The notes under the pieces: model-generated
Databases searched by the model: none
Told to the model about the DNA's origin: nothing
What the model saw: the letters and a program-made list of their open reading frames with translations, nothing else
In this document: positions 24,001 through 35,400 of the stretch, one piece after another
Layout: each line of letters begins with the position of its first letter
Numbering within the stretch: the stretch's first letter is position 1
Made by a program: the position numbers and the translations under genes
Assembly (NCBI GenBank): GCA_051294905.1
Contig: CM119372.1
Span: 12,526,001 to 12,590,000, forward strand
DNA from: Botryllus schlosseri
Lineage: Eukaryota
Direction: 5' to 3'
Length of the DNA: 64,000 nt

Positions 24001-24108
24001 ATAATGTATACTATCACTACTACATTATTCGTTAACACTAAAGAACGCAAAATGCGTCTTACCTGATATTATTTGCAATGTTGTCAGCAACAATGCTGCC
24101 CACTTCAT
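1..24108 (-). CDS. DUOX: Dual oxidase copy A (spliced gene; exons 1-27 in window, exon 28 begins at position 1, 3' end outside window)
   Basis: 27 exons with GT-AG borders and matching phases sum to 4023 nt (1341 codons) with no stop seen; motifs [21 protein letters not shown], two EF-hands, bis-His TM helices, KAGQW. Confidence 0.95.
709..888 (-). CDS. DUOX: DUOX-A exon 27
   Basis: [11 protein letters not shown]...AELLPS...FDYKAGQW. Confidence 0.9.
992..1115 (-). CDS. DUOX: DUOX-A exon 26
   Basis: YVFA...[26 protein letters not shown]. Confidence 0.9.
1165..1958. mobile_element. Non-autonomous hAT-like element
   Basis: TIR CGGGGTTGCCA/TGGCAACCCTG, near-TSD TATAAAGG; empty site in copy B near 37530. 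Confidence 0.75.
2305..2488 (-). CDS. DUOX: DUOX-A exon 25
   Basis: [12 protein letters not shown]...QTITGLTG. Confidence 0.9.
2551..2781 (-). CDS. DUOX: DUOX-A exon 24
   Basis: [21 protein letters not shown]...[13 protein letters not shown]. Confidence 0.9.
2808..3094 (-). mobile_element. tRNA-derived SINE family 1, full length
   Basis: A box TAGCGTAGTGG, B box GTTCGAGTCC, (AAAC)n tail; three more copies in window. Confidence 0.8.
3135..3178 (-). ncRNA. Minimal type I hammerhead ribozyme motif (DUOX-A intron 23)
   Basis: GCUGAC-GAUU-ACCC-CUGACGA-G-AGUCAGC-C-GAAA-AUAU-UC^GGGU: full catalytic core, stem I ACCC/GGGU, palindromic stem III. Confidence 0.7.
3900..4126 (-). CDS. DUOX: DUOX-A exon 23
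   Basis: ...[29 protein letters not shown]. Confidence 0.9.
5987..6447. mobile_element. MITE-like element with CCGGA/TCCGG subterminal repeats (ends approximate)
   Basis: repeat-rich ends; absent from the matching intron of copy B. Confidence 0.5.
6520..6690 (-). mobile_element. tRNA-derived SINE family 2, shared with copy B (about 45370-45500)
   Basis: degenerate A/B boxes followed by CTTCCCTGCTTGGC body; same intron position in both paralogs. Confidence 0.55.
6861..6978 (-). CDS. DUOX: DUOX-A exon 22
   Basis: [15 protein letters not shown]...RRTAKESIA; phase 1 in, phase 2 out bridges exons 21 and 23. Confidence 0.75.
7131..7303 (-). CDS. DUOX: DUOX-A exon 21
   Basis: STMDMVN...[13 protein letters not shown]. 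Confidence 0.88.
7776..7869 (-). CDS. DUOX: DUOX-A exon 20 (EF-hand 2)
   Basis: [22 protein letters not shown]. Confidence 0.9.
8081..8288 (-). CDS. DUOX: DUOX-A exon 19 (EF-hand 1)
   Basis: [19 protein letters not shown]. Confidence 0.9.
8470..8658 (-). CDS. DUOX: DUOX-A exon 18
   Basis: [13 protein letters not shown]...[13 protein letters not shown]. Confidence 0.88.
8795..8953 (-). CDS. DUOX: DUOX-A exon 17
   Basis: [24 protein letters not shown]...ETYDL. Confidence 0.88.
9560..9708 (-). CDS. DUOX: DUOX-A exon 16
   Basis: [14 protein letters not shown]...EERQIK. Confidence 0.85.
9776..9922 (-). CDS. DUOX: DUOX-A exon 15
   Basis: CPQPFPL...[15 protein letters not shown] (start of first TM). 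Confidence 0.88.
10442..10566 (-). CDS. DUOX: DUOX-A exon 14
   Basis: [19 protein letters not shown]...IQNMPFLW. Confidence 0.88.
10633..10811 (-). CDS. DUOX: DUOX-A exon 13
   Basis: [10 protein letters not shown]...[16 protein letters not shown]. Confidence 0.9.
10872..10997 (-). CDS. DUOX: DUOX-A exon 12
   Basis: [14 protein letters not shown]. Confidence 0.9.
11465..13732. mobile_element. hAT (Buster-like) non-autonomous element hosting a LINE fragment
   Basis: TIR CAGAGGTCTCAAAC/GTTTGAGACCTCTG, perfect TSD AGGTAGAG; empty site in copy B near 56748. Confidence 0.9.
12387..13169 (-). mobile_element. 5'-truncated non-LTR retrotransposon (I-group-like), RNase H plus CCHC finger
   Basis: [28 protein letters not shown]...HFLLAC; (TAA)n-like tail; 12-bp TSD GATAATAACATG. 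Confidence 0.88.
13851..14024 (-). CDS. DUOX: DUOX-A exon 11
   Basis: EALTEK...ELLMGMASQ...[10 protein letters not shown]. Confidence 0.9.
14114..14165. repeat. 52-bp palindrome
   Basis: two 26-nt arms, one mismatch, no spacer. Confidence 0.9.
14555..14602 (+). ncRNA. Degenerate hammerhead motif of the same family
   Basis: GTTCGCTA-CTGATGA-GAGTCTGAC-GTAAGCTTTT; GAAA box and 3' strand of stem I mutated. Confidence 0.45.
15102..15225 (-). CDS. DUOX: DUOX-A exon 10
   Basis: STGECTF...[12 protein letters not shown]. Confidence 0.88.
15289..15400 (-). CDS. DUOX: DUOX-A exon 9
   Basis: [30 protein letters not shown]. Confidence 0.9.
15880..15967 (-). CDS. DUOX: DUOX-A exon 8
   Basis: [13 protein letters not shown]...PSYE. 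Confidence 0.88.
16028..16194 (-). CDS. DUOX: DUOX-A exon 7
   Basis: [25 protein letters not shown]...IHQ. Confidence 0.9.
16238..18001. mobile_element. hAT-like element with (GGAGTC)n subterminal repeats
   Basis: TIR CAGGGCTGTGGAGTC/GACTCCACAACCCTG, TSD CTGCTTAC. Confidence 0.88.
17182..17823. mobile_element. Nested hAT-like MITE (related to 53476-54144)
   Basis: CAGGGGTAGCCAAC...TTGGCCGCTCCTG ends; shared internal sequence. Confidence 0.65.
18117..18523. mobile_element. Nested MITE (AAAACA-rich family; partial copy about 22266-22765)
   Basis: ends AAGGGTTGC/GCAACCCTA, TSD GCCACAAT/GACACAAT. Confidence 0.7.
18735..19230. mobile_element. Nested CAGTGG-type hAT MITE (related to 50696-52173)
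   Basis: CAGTGGTTCCC/GGGAACAACTG, TSD CTATAGAT/CTATAAAT. Confidence 0.75.
20096..20234 (-). CDS. DUOX: DUOX-A exon 6
   Basis: [11 protein letters not shown]...LANPPPP...KRFF. Confidence 0.88.
20303..20431 (-). CDS. DUOX: DUOX-A exon 5
   Basis: [15 protein letters not shown]...; donor GTACAA is weak and was chosen by phase. Confidence 0.75.
21056..21246 (-). CDS. DUOX: DUOX-A exon 4
   Basis: [24 protein letters not shown]...PRQQ. Confidence 0.9.
21704..21865 (-). CDS. DUOX: DUOX-A exon 3
   Basis: [17 protein letters not shown]...ALMVFF. Confidence 0.9.
22020..22265 (-). mobile_element. SINE family 1 copy, head interrupted by MITE at 22266
   Basis: body matches 2840-3060; B box GGTTCGAGTCC. 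Confidence 0.7.
22879..22956 (-). CDS. DUOX: DUOX-A exon 2
   Basis: [26 protein letters not shown]. Confidence 0.9.
   Translation of the reverse strand, partial: VKRLKRSIHLMMAGTITGPIQNGAL
23102..23686. mobile_element. hAT-like MITE with GACTCGAGTC repeats (partial copy about 61819-62040)
   Basis: TIR CAGGGTTGTAA/TTACAACCCTG, perfect TSD GTAGGCAT. Confidence 0.9.
24063..24108 (-). CDS. DUOX: DUOX-A exon 1 (signal peptide)
   Basis: [15 protein letters not shown] then G|GTAAG donor; phase 1 fits exon 2. Confidence 0.75.
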
Positions 24109-24267
24109 TTTGAATGAAGATAATCTTCAACAATAGCGATATATTTTCTGTAGGTTATCTACATGTGTCCTATGAACAAATATAAGCTTGTAGTTCTGAT
24201 ACTGGCATTTAACTGTATGATATGAAGGCTGCGGACCATCACCCATTCTTGGGGCTCGAAAACACCA

Positions 24268-26336
24268 CAGAGCATATGGAGTCACGGCAAATTTCGAGTC
24301 GAGTCAAGTCAGTAATTTCAGAATTTTTCTAGTCAAGTAACGAGTCATGTCATACCAATTTTCAAAGTGACTCGAGTCAACTTAAGTTATCTAATCTCAA
24401 ATTTTCCGATTTTAAGTCAATTTTAAGTCATTAAATATTTTAAGATCCTTCCGCTTGATTTTAAAGTGCGATTGCATATGCATAATTGCTTATAGTCTTA
24501 ACCACGTCAAACTAGTCGAACTTGGTGCAATGCGGTGACGTGCTGTCAGCGGAGGCAAGTGAGGCATCAGTGCCTCACCTGTCGTCACGATCACCAAAAT
24601 AAAATTGAAAAACCTTCAATGATTACAACTCCAATGATTATGGGTGTTTTCTATCAATGTTCATGAACTAATAAATGTTTAGCATTTTCACACACCACAC
24701 CACGGAATTTCGATATTTATTGTTCAAAAAAAAATATCGCGCTAAAGGAGAGGTGAGGCACAGACGCGCCAAACCCCAGTACGATAGCGAAATTAATCAC
24801 GAACAGCTCAAAATTTATGATTACTGGTATTAATCGAATGCTGTTGTCGCACTGATTCGTAAAATTTAACCATTAATTATGTCAGAGCACCGGAACCACC
24901 TTAAAATTACCAATGAATGTGAAATTCGACTTTGTTACGTTCAATAACAGAGTAGACAAACAAAGCTAACAATACGATAATCACACCGCAGTGATAAAAT
25001 GCGCCATCGACTTTGCACATCGACGGTGACTCTGAATTGTCTAGTTGTGACAGACAACATATAGTGCAGATCAAATACATTCCCTTACTGATGTAGCTGT
25101 TATGTTTTTTCCATTCATATCTATACCTTCAATCGTGGATATGTATCGTAGCTTCTTACATAGCCTCCGCGTGAAGACTGCTAATGTGATAACAAACAAA
25201 TCGCCAGCTGAATCAGCAACCATTTTGGGTTTATGTATTTGTAAATCTGACTCTAAAGAAGACAGTGCATCAACAACCATGAACCTCACCGCATGCCACT
25301 GGTACCATGTTACCTTAATCAAGCTACCAGAACGATATGTGTCACCGCTGTTATTTCCGATCAAAAAGCATGTCCATGTCCAAATACGAAAGGCCGCATC
25401 AATCCAAACCATACTGGGCTTCACTTCGTTAGGTAGTATAGCACTATCACTGTCACACCAACTTTTAAATCCTTACTGTCTTAACAGATGATATGCAAAG
25501 CAAATCGGGTTGGTGCATCCCCTGACACGCGGAATAGTTTCACAGATAAGCCGCGATAGATCAACAGACAAATGCTGTATTCGTCATCCCGAAGCATAGC
25601 CAGTGACTGATATCCATCTGCAAGGTTACATTGGTTTCTGTAGTTTGTTTCCAGTCGACTAGCGTCATAAAGACGTACCTGATTTTGCAGTCATTCGGTT
25701 TATATTCTGAATGAAAAGTATTTCGTGAAATCCCCTATCGCCCACAATGCTTTCGTGGTTCGATCTCTATTGTTGAAAAAACAGGTAGTCTTTAGCACTT
25801 CCTTATTTAACTATTTCTATTATCTTTGCCGCAACTGATTGCTCGACGAGGTGTGAACTCGAATAGCTGGTGCTACAATTCTTGCTAAATCGCAAGTAAT
25901 TTGGGTAAACAATATCTCAGACCGGAGTTCCTAATGTCAGCCCGACCGATATATATTCCTCCGTAAAAATATCAGCATTGACAAACTCCGAAACGGTGTC
26001 CGGTACATGCACTCATGTTTATAGAACCGCAGTGTCCTATACGGTGTGTAGGTGGACACAGCGAGATTGAATGGCTCACTGCATTTATATTTCGTCATAC
26101 TTTCCATTTGACCAAAGGATACATTACGGCAATGTTTTGCCGGCTTGATAAGCGCTAAATTAGATAAAACGGATATCAATGGAAAGCTGCTGCTATACTG
26201 ATTACGAAAACATAAATTTTATTCTGCGCGTGGCCCTGGAACCCCCAAAATAAGCCTCGAATGCTGCATTGTAACAGATTTCGGTATTGGGACGCACTGG
26301 TATAGTGTATGTATAATATATGACTCGCATGCTCAT
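24268..26336. mobile_element. Possible decayed hAT transposon with transposase relic (ends tentative)
   Basis: CAGAGCAT..GAGTC / GACTCGCATGCTC ends; minus-strand peptide ADSAGDLFVITLAVFTR...NGKNITATSVRECI resembles hAT DDE region. Confidence 0.4.
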
Positions 26337-29300
26337 ATGCAATGGCATTCGGTGGCATCATATTGTTAGGCGGATTTAGGGAAATTCCGCGATCAGTTTC
26401 GTTTCAGTTAATGACCGTTGTTGACTATAAATAGCAACTTTTTATCTCGATGTTGCAAAAACGGGGTCATTTCTGGATCAAAGTCGTACAGATCTAATCC
26501 GTAAATGAAACTTGGGAATTCGAAGAATCCCACCATAACGAACTAACCTACGGGTAGGTTATCCAGCACGCAGGCGGCCCGGATTCGATTCCCGCCGTCG
26601 GAGGTTATTCTGGGCTCCCTCGTCCCCCGTGTCGTTGTTCGTCCGGCGACAAAAAGCCCCCCAAAAAAGACCCAATAGAGAAAGAAAAAGAGGAAGATAT
26701 TGCTTCTAATAAAAAGGCCGACGAAGAAAGAATAACATCGAAGAAGACTGTGACAACGGGCACTATAGGTCGAGGTGGATGCCAGTTCAAAAGACTCCAA
26801 CTGGTTAGTCGTTCAGCATCCCCCTATCTGTTCATTACATCGCATTGTGTGTCTTGTATGACGCATTGTACGTTGTGTGTGTGTCTTGGGCAGATGAAAA
26901 TATAATCTGACGATTGATTGATTTACAGAGCTAATTAACATAACCCACAGTAACTTGAGGAGTGGAGCATAAAATTTAACGGGTACTACCTTGAAGGTTG
27001 ACACACAACGCATGCGGAGAATCACTGTTTCAAGCTAACGAAAACATTACATCTAACGAACGAAAGAAGCTGCTTCTGTGGATTCTTCGGGAAACTTATA
27101 GTAAGCATAGTAATAGTTCACTGAACGCAATAATTTTCTTGAGTTCCTTTTATGTATACGGTTGCATTGTAATGAGCAAATGTGCCTCACGTGCCTCACA
27201 CGTGATGCTTACTTTGCTTAATTTCAGTGGGGTTGGAATTCAACAAGAAAAAATTGGCGTAACAGTGAGCTATTATTAGATCCCTTTGGCAGAAATCGGA
27301 TCTTGAAGTGCACCTGACTCTGCCGTCATTACGTCTTTCTGTTTGCAAACTGACTACTTGGGTATTTAATTTCCGCTTTAATCGCAGATTTCTATCCTGA
27401 TTCTGATCCTGATAAGCGATGCGAAATTGCAACAATTTCCGCCATAGGAAATTTCTCTTGCCCTCTGTATTCAAATTCACCACCCGTTTCAATTGGCGCA
27501 CACTGTGCTCGGTAAACTCATCTCCACTCGTACAACGATGCCACTCCAGCTTGAGCTAATGACAATGTCGTTAAGTAACCCGATAACAGGCATAGTGCGG
27601 TTAACTTTGTCTCGAAGAGGTCGTTTTTCGCGATTTTAATTCATGTCTGCGACTACCTTGTCTGTATTGTATAGCCCGTTCCGTTGTCGACAATTTTCAT
27701 CACACAGAACACGTGTTACGAGTACAAATCAAATTGACTAATGCCGTACAATACGGCTCTCGCAATTATATCGTATACTCTAAATCAGTCTCAACTCCCA
27801 ATTCTAAATTTGCAATTCTAAATTTGCAAAGGCCAGGGCCCAGGGGTGTTCAACCTTTTTGCTATTAACGGCCGCATTTTTATTACTTGTATACCGTACG
27901 GCCGCATTTCAGCTATGGCAGTCGTAATGATGGAACACTTATAGACGACAAATATCCATGTGAAATAGGCTACCGACCGGGTTACTTCGCATGGTCTTCG
28001 ACAGCCCCGGTGATTTATGTGCGAGCACTGTTCTCTTGCGAAATATCTTGCACATGAAAGTCTCTGAGCGCCCATCTCATATTCAGGGCGCCGTGGCTCA
28101 TAAAGTGAAAGTAAATTCACGTCAGGACTTAGAACTATCGGAACACAAGCCGCTAAAAAAATTCCTGATTACTTTGCATACCGACGGCGATATTGGGGAC
28201 GCCCAATCAATCCCTGTGACAGACATAGGCAAGGCTGAAGCAGCACTTCGTCAGCACCAACAAAAGACCGTAGGCTTTGGGCACCCATTCGGTGATCAAC
28301 AAAGCTTCTGGGGTGAATCAAACCCCTTTTCTTAGACGTACAAGTATTCATATTATGGAAAGTTATCGGGATTCGTTGTCTAGTCGCGCTGAGTGCGGAA
28401 ATTTTTAAATTCAAGAATGAATTTCGTCAATAATATTAGTAGTTTCATATTTTACTACTAAATTCCAACCCTTTCTCAGCCGATGCTGTGTTCAGATTTA
28501 GCGATATAGTTGATGCAGGGACATTCTTCGAAAACTTAAGGCATGTAACAAAAGATAAAGCATCTGCGGGTAGGCCCATTCTTATTAATCACTTTTGTTG
28601 CATGCTGTTATTTCTTCAGGGTTGTCGGTAGAGTATTGGAATCGCCCAAACGTATGAGTAAAAACTTCTTTCGTTATTCCAAATTGGTATTTCTGTATGG
28701 GTGCATAATCTTCCTCTGCGGTACTCATTTGTACTTTGGGGTTAAGATTGCAAGGACATTGTTCTACATTTACACCGAAAAATGATGTCGCGCTGAAATC
28801 GAATTTTCTCAAGTTTAAATAAAATTTGGAGCCAATTCGTTAATTCAAATCGCATAGAAACGCTAATATCATCACGTATAGACGGCCGCTGTCGATCAAT
28901 AATGTATCTAGGCTTTAAGCGGTAGCGATCCTGCTGACCAGTAGTGACTATATATTGGGCTGGGCAAAATCGCGAACCTAGCTGTTTACGTGAGTGATTC
29001 GATTCTGATTCGAGTATTGGCTTCTAGTCGGGTATTCGAGTATGACTCATTTAGCTAGGACGATTTTCTGACATGTCCAAAAAAGGCAAAATTTTGTCAA
29101 AATTGTGGCGTTAGGTCAGTGATATGATTTACCACGTGATTTAGCGCGTATAGCAAACGAATGGAATCTATCCCGTCATCCGTCGCTCAGACATTTGAGT
29201 TTGACTCATCTCATTTCGTTGAATCTGCAATGCTATTGGATCAGACTGGCATTAAATGGCCTATTTCATTGGCATACAAATTGCAAATGTATTTCAACAA

Positions 29301-29820
29301 ATGTAGATAATACCATTATATATTTATCAATCCTTGATGTCACTTCACCAATTATCTCACTCGGCGTTGCGTCATATCGCAAAGCGAAATATTATACTTT
29401 CGATTTTCTGTCCCGGAAACAAATTTCTACATGTTTATGATATTGAAATGCAACCGAAAAGTATAGCTAAAGCATTGGATATATGATCGAGATGGATGGG
29501 CACGCAACGATTGATCGATGCTTTGTATGGTTTGAGATCTGTGGATAGATGAGAGCTCTCCAAGTGTTTTGAACCACGCAATTTACCCATCACTTTCGGA
29601 TCCCATCGTTGTGCCGATATTTGCTACGTGCGTCACACCGGAATATTGATGAATATTCGACCGAATTAATTTATTAAATAATTCAATCCTATTTAAAATT
29701 GATACAAGCAGAAAACAGAATTTCAATAATCTCAAATTGAAAGATTCAAACAGCCAGCTAAAAAATATTTACGGCGATTGATATGTTTTAGTTTTTATGA
29801 AATATTCACACTGTGCACAC

Positions 29821-30599
29821 CAGAGTTGGAGTAATTGTAATTTGTAATTGAGCTGAATGTAATTGTAATTGTAATTGAAGCATTTTCATTTTGTGTAATT
29901 GTAATTGTAATTGTAATTTGATAAAATTTTTGCATAATTACAATTTGAATTACAGCACATCGTTATTGAGACCTGACAAGCACAACACAAAATAATTGAC
30001 GCTTCTTCGTTTTACGATCAACAGCCAACCAGCGTTTACCGCAACACTAATAACTGTTTCCCATCAACATGTCAAAATTTATAAACGTTAAAATAATTGT
30101 TTTTCGCGTTGATAATGGTGTTATGAGTGCAGGATATTATGGTTACGGGTGGGGTATATTAGGGTTCCTACACATGCCACTTCCTTTTCTGTTATCTTCT
30201 GTTGCTTTCATTTAGGGCTTGAGCCACGATGCCATGTGACTAATAATTGGGCTTTTTTGTTGTGCAGTGCCGTAACTGCCACACCCCAAACCCCCCAATT
30301 GGGGGAAGCCCGAGCTCGAAGAGGGCTCAAAACTAAGTAGTTAATGAACTCGAATTATGCCAATTTATGCCGATTTAATGCTGCTAAGTGTATTGATTTT
30401 TGGGTAGCCTACTCTTCCGCCAAGAAAAACTATGCATGATTTATATAAATAAGCATTCCGGTATCGGCCATTATTGCGCCACGGTGTGCCAAGACATGAA
30501 GCTTAGGCAAACATGGGACTCTGAGAAGTGTGCCAAAAAGATCGGAAGCGGGTAAACCTGGACCAAAAAGGACTGACCTAATGTTGACCGAAAACTTCG

Positions 30600-30630
<31 letters not shown>

Positions 30631-31683
30631 ATTGTCCATAGGTGCCTGAATAGCTGGCGCCGAATTCTCAAGTCCTGGCATTCTGCACAGCACAGGACAA
30701 ATACCATCCTCCATAGAAAAGTTCCTTACCAGTAAAAAACACCAATTTGAAATCATGTGGGTCTTTCAGTTTAGTACGTTTGGGGGATTTCAATATTTTA
30801 TTAACTATACAGAAGAGAGAAAGTAAAAAATAGCAACATGCCAAACAATCAATCTATTAACAGATTATATTTTTATTTGCCCAAGACACATATACAATGT
30901 ACAATGCGATATATAGGACACACAATGCGATGAAATGAGCAGATAGGGGGATGCCGAACAACCAACCAGTTGGGGTCTCTTGAACTGGCAATAAGTAATT
31001 ATACCAACAGGCCCGCCCAAATATGTTTAATTATTAGCTACGTGCCCTAAATTTTCAAGACAACACTTCATTCGGTTCTAACGGTAAATTTGATTGCGTG
31101 GGGTCCATCACCCTACGGAGGGAGCCAAGACCAACGTTTTTTGGGGGGCTGACGAAGTGCTGTTTCGACCTTGATGCTGTATAACGGTAATCGCTTCGAA
31201 GAGATTAATAGTTTAGTAATTTTATGTTGCTCATCAGTCACGGTGATGAGTTTTTCCGTAACGCATAGTAGATTTCGGATTAATTCTGTCAGCAGTCATA
31301 TGAATATGATGATTACTTTATAGCGCTATTTCAATGTTCGGTGTTTTGCTTCTGCACAAATAGTCCCGGTCGTGAAATACCAGATTATTTCGCTGTGAAG
31401 CAGCTGGCATTATTTTCCATACGGTAACCAAATAAGGTGCAAATTAAAACTTGAGAAGTCATTCATTAAGCTATGACATTATAACAGCAGGTACCAGGTA
31501 GTACTCAAATCCAGAGTTGGACAATTAATTTTAATTGTAATTGGGCTGAATGTAATTAAATACATTTTTCATGTAATTGTAATTGTAATTTGATATTTTA
31601 GCAAGGAGTAATTGTAATTGAAACATGCAAGGAAGTAATTGTAATTATAATTGAGCTGCAATAATGTAATTCATCCAACTCTG
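29821..31683. mobile_element. hAT-like element with (TAATTG)n subterminal repeats
   Basis: TIR CAGAGTTGGA/TCCAACTCTG, TSD GTGCACAC/GTGTACAC. Confidence 0.75.
30601..30624. repeat. (TA)n microsatellite
   Basis: direct reading. Confidence 0.9.
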
Positions 31684-31896
31684 GTGTACACTGTAGGCTA
31701 CACTCATTTCGAAACGTGTACGGTTAAACTCTTAGTATATAAACCAATGTGGAATCTATAGAACGGTCTTCACTGCCCAGTGTCCACAAAACACTCACCG
31801 GAATATTCAACACTGGTCAAAAGTTCAAAGACACAGATATGCAGATCAAAGTCGCGTATCTAAGTCTTTTCAGTCACTAAGCCTCAGCGTAGCGGT

Positions 31897-32140
31897 TTGT
31901 TTTTGAGGTATTCAATGAATACTATTCATGGTGTTTGTCGACTACTATGGTCATTTACACCAGGCCAATATTCTTCATTTTTTATTCCGTGACTGCCGAC
32001 TTATAGCAGGGCCCCACTTCTAGCCTTTTTGTAAGACACCGCTTACGCGGATGAGGTGGCTAGCAGTAGCCTAGATAAACCTCCAACACTTGGGTATAGG
32101 AATTATAAAGTCGAACCCGGTCGGACTCTAGCCCACAACC
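31897..32140 (-). mobile_element. 5'-truncated SINE family 1
   Basis: body match; perfect 12-bp TSD CAGCGTAGCGGT. Confidence 0.82.
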
Positions 32141-32334
32141 CAGCGTAGCGGTGATTCGGATTCAGAATAAATTCGGTCATTGCCTGCTTACATATTATCG
32201 CAATCAAGAATTTAATCAAGAAAAGGCAGGAAGTCGCTACACATTTGCTACTAACACTTTAACATAAAGAGGGAACGTTCGAAGAAGAACTCGGAAAGGA
32301 TGGATACTTCTTTTCCCGTTCAAACAACAAGGAC

Positions 32335-32457
32335 TTAAAAATTCTCGAAATGGTGTGAGAAGATAGCCCCTTCGAACTTGTTCATCTCAGCGCAAGCCTC
32401 CTCAACGTTCTGCGTCATCGGTGGTGGCCCGCAGCTGAACACACCAAACTCATCGAC
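32335..32457 (-). CDS. DUOX: DUOX-B exon 32 (last coding)
   Basis: [12 protein letters not shown]...[11 protein letters not shown]. Confidence 0.92.
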   Translation of the reverse strand, partial: VDEFGVFSCGPPPMTQNVEEACAEMNKFEGAIFSHHFENF

Positions 32458-35400
32458 CTGAAAACGTGTAGCAGTGTGTGATGTCTCGCATTATTGACTC
32501 GGGCAAAACAACCTAAATGAACTTCACTTTGATAACTTAGCGCGACAAACTCTCGGTCGCATTATGAAGTGATGTGTAAACGTACCGTTGTCTCGTATTC
32601 TTTGGACAAGGCCCTGAAGAAATCCCGGAATTTCGGCCGTCCAAAATGAGTGACAGCGCTAAGTCCGGTGAACAAAGACCTTCCTGACAGCCTTTGGAAC
32701 TTCCTTTCGCATATGTACTGAACGGAAGGTGCGTATTGAGCACAGCGTGGCAGTGATGCGAGGTTCACGTTCTGGTTTGTAAAGACGCAAATCAACATAC
32801 CAACATCAAAGTCCGGAAATCAAATCGAGATGGAATTTGGGTGATGAAAATATGAGGCTCCATTATTCCTTTGTCGTCTGCGTTTTCCGCTTCCCGAATG
32901 ATGTCTGTCAACCATTCGAACTCCTTCTGGTCACGCGTCAACCACATGAAGAATACCTGTAGCATGCGTATTTAGTTGACGCCATTAGGCCAATTACGAC
33001 ATCCATGTAACTTATTAGGGCGATTTTTTTACCTAAAAACGGAAGATTTTGACCTAAAAAATTAAAATTTTGACCTGATGTATGCAAATTAGGTGTTTTT
33101 GCACATAATGTAAAAATTATACTATTTATCTTCATTTCCGGTTGGAACTGTCTGTCCTTACGAAATAGTTTGGCCTGAAAAAACGTTTTTGGCTTAAAAA
33201 CTGACAAATTTTTGCATGAAAAAACTAGTATTTTAACGAAATCTGGCCCTATGAATAATTCATAGTTATATACCAGTGGTTCCCAACGTGGGCTATATCG
33301 CCCCCCAGGGGGCGATTTGGCGGTCTAGGGGGGCGAAAATAACGAAGGGGGCGATAGGGGGGCGAAAATGGAAGAAGGGGGCTATGGGGGGGGGGCGAAA
33401 ACAACGAAGGGGGCGATAGGGGGGCGATGGCGCGTTAAAACGGCTATATTGGAGTCGGGACCGTAACTACCGCACCCCAAACCCTCCAATTGGGAGTGGG
33501 GGCCCGAAATCGAAGGAAGCCAAAATTTATTTCGTGAATTAACATGAATGATAGAGTAATTTTTTAGAAAATCATGCGACTTTTTCAAAATTTTCGCGCT
33601 GTGCGCGATTTAATATCTTCATGTATCTTGATGTTGGGGTCCCCGTCATCCAACAAAAATACGCATGATTTATGGAAATGGGAGACTTCGGCGTCACCCA
33701 TTACTGCGCCACGACGCACCAAGACACATGAAGTTGGAGGCCATGTAACATGCGACTCCGAGAAGTGTGCCAGAACGATCCGCAGCGAGAAGACCTTGTC
33801 CGAAAGGAATGCCCTTGTGCTGACCGAAAACTTCGATATGTATACATATATGTTTAGTTGTCTATAGGCGCCTCAATGGCTGGCGTCGAATGTTTCTATC
33901 CTGGCGACCTTAACCCTACAGGACAAATTCCATCCCGCAAGGAAAATATTATTTGACATGTGCGTCTTTTAGTTTGGTACGTTTTGACGATTTCCATATC
34001 TTCTGATATAGCAGATATAGGAGGTCACGAAATAGCATCATGTAAAGAAGTCAATATAACAACGATTCCGCCGAGGATGTTTAATTATTATTTAGGGGTC
34101 CTACCTTTTCCAACATACCACATCGACCATATTGACCGATTCAAACATGAATTATATAAATTTGTTGCGCTTCGCTCGTTCAGGCGAAATACAGGGACTC
34201 ACCAAACAGTACATGAAATAGGGTATAGCTGATATGTAGCGACAAAAAGCCCACTGGCTGAGGGGGGTCTGGGGTTTGGTTTATCACCCTATGGGGCCAA
34301 AGACCAACGTTTTTTGGGGGGGGCTGACGAATATTGTTTTTCGGTTCCCAATATCTGGGGGGCGATGATCGGTGTGGAGCTTCAAAAGGGGGCGATGAGT
34401 CGAAAAAGGTTGGGAACCAATGTTATATACAGTTACATCACGTATTATGGCAGAAACAATTAAAATTTGTTGTAGTACAACGAAAGATACTTTCCTACAT
34501 TATCGGGTAAAAAATGTCTGTCCTTACTAAGTTGCTTGCCCACATTGGAGAAAGAACGTTCGACAGCAGCAGTTGTTGGCTGGCAACACTAAAGTTGTGT
34601 TGCTTCAGTCTGACAATGTTGTATATATCACAATTTTTCATCATGTGCTTCTTGATGTAAGAACCATGCAATGCCCAGCAAGCAGTCTTGTTTCAGTTAG
34701 GCTATTGCGGTACGTTGGCGGTAACACCATGTCAACCTATTGTTCCAGTTGACCGTCTATGATTCATAATGAGCAGACAATGGGCCGTCTACAACGGTAG
34801 GCATATAAAGTAAGCAACAAGCTGTAAAATATCAAATGATAAGTTCACCGACAGTGCAAAATCTACGATACAAACGAAATGCAGAGGTCAATAAAAATTT
34901 GACTTTGTAAACAATTTTGACAAATTTTGACCTAACGCTACAATTTTGACATGTCAAAAAAATCGCCCTATACTTAGAATCGTTTGCTAACTGCCACACT
35001 AACTCGATGTGAGGAGGTTGCTGAAGACAGATTCAGATTTCGAGTAAGAACGATAAAATAACGATTGGTGCCAGCTCAAGATATAGGATCATTGGAGAAT
35101 AAGATAAAATCTTGGCATATCGAATATTTCTTCCAACGCAACACATGTATTGAGACTATCATAAACTTTATAGTAAACAGATTTTCAGTATAAGATCGGT
35201 GACATTCTACAAAAGTCATTTCGTACGCGCCTACCTTTTTGCAGCGGATCTCCTGATTAATTCTTGTCTTGTGCACTAAATCTTTCAGTATAGATGCAAA
35301 GGGAGTAACCCCAATTCCGCCTCCCACTAATATCGAAACATCATATTTGTACCAGTCTTGATGTCCCTCGCCGAATGGACCATCCAAGAATAGCTATGAC

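Noticed and set aside
32211..32216. ATTAAA polyadenylation signal for DUOX-B
   Set aside because: Plausible position but a variant hexamer in AT-rich DNA; not supportable without transcripts
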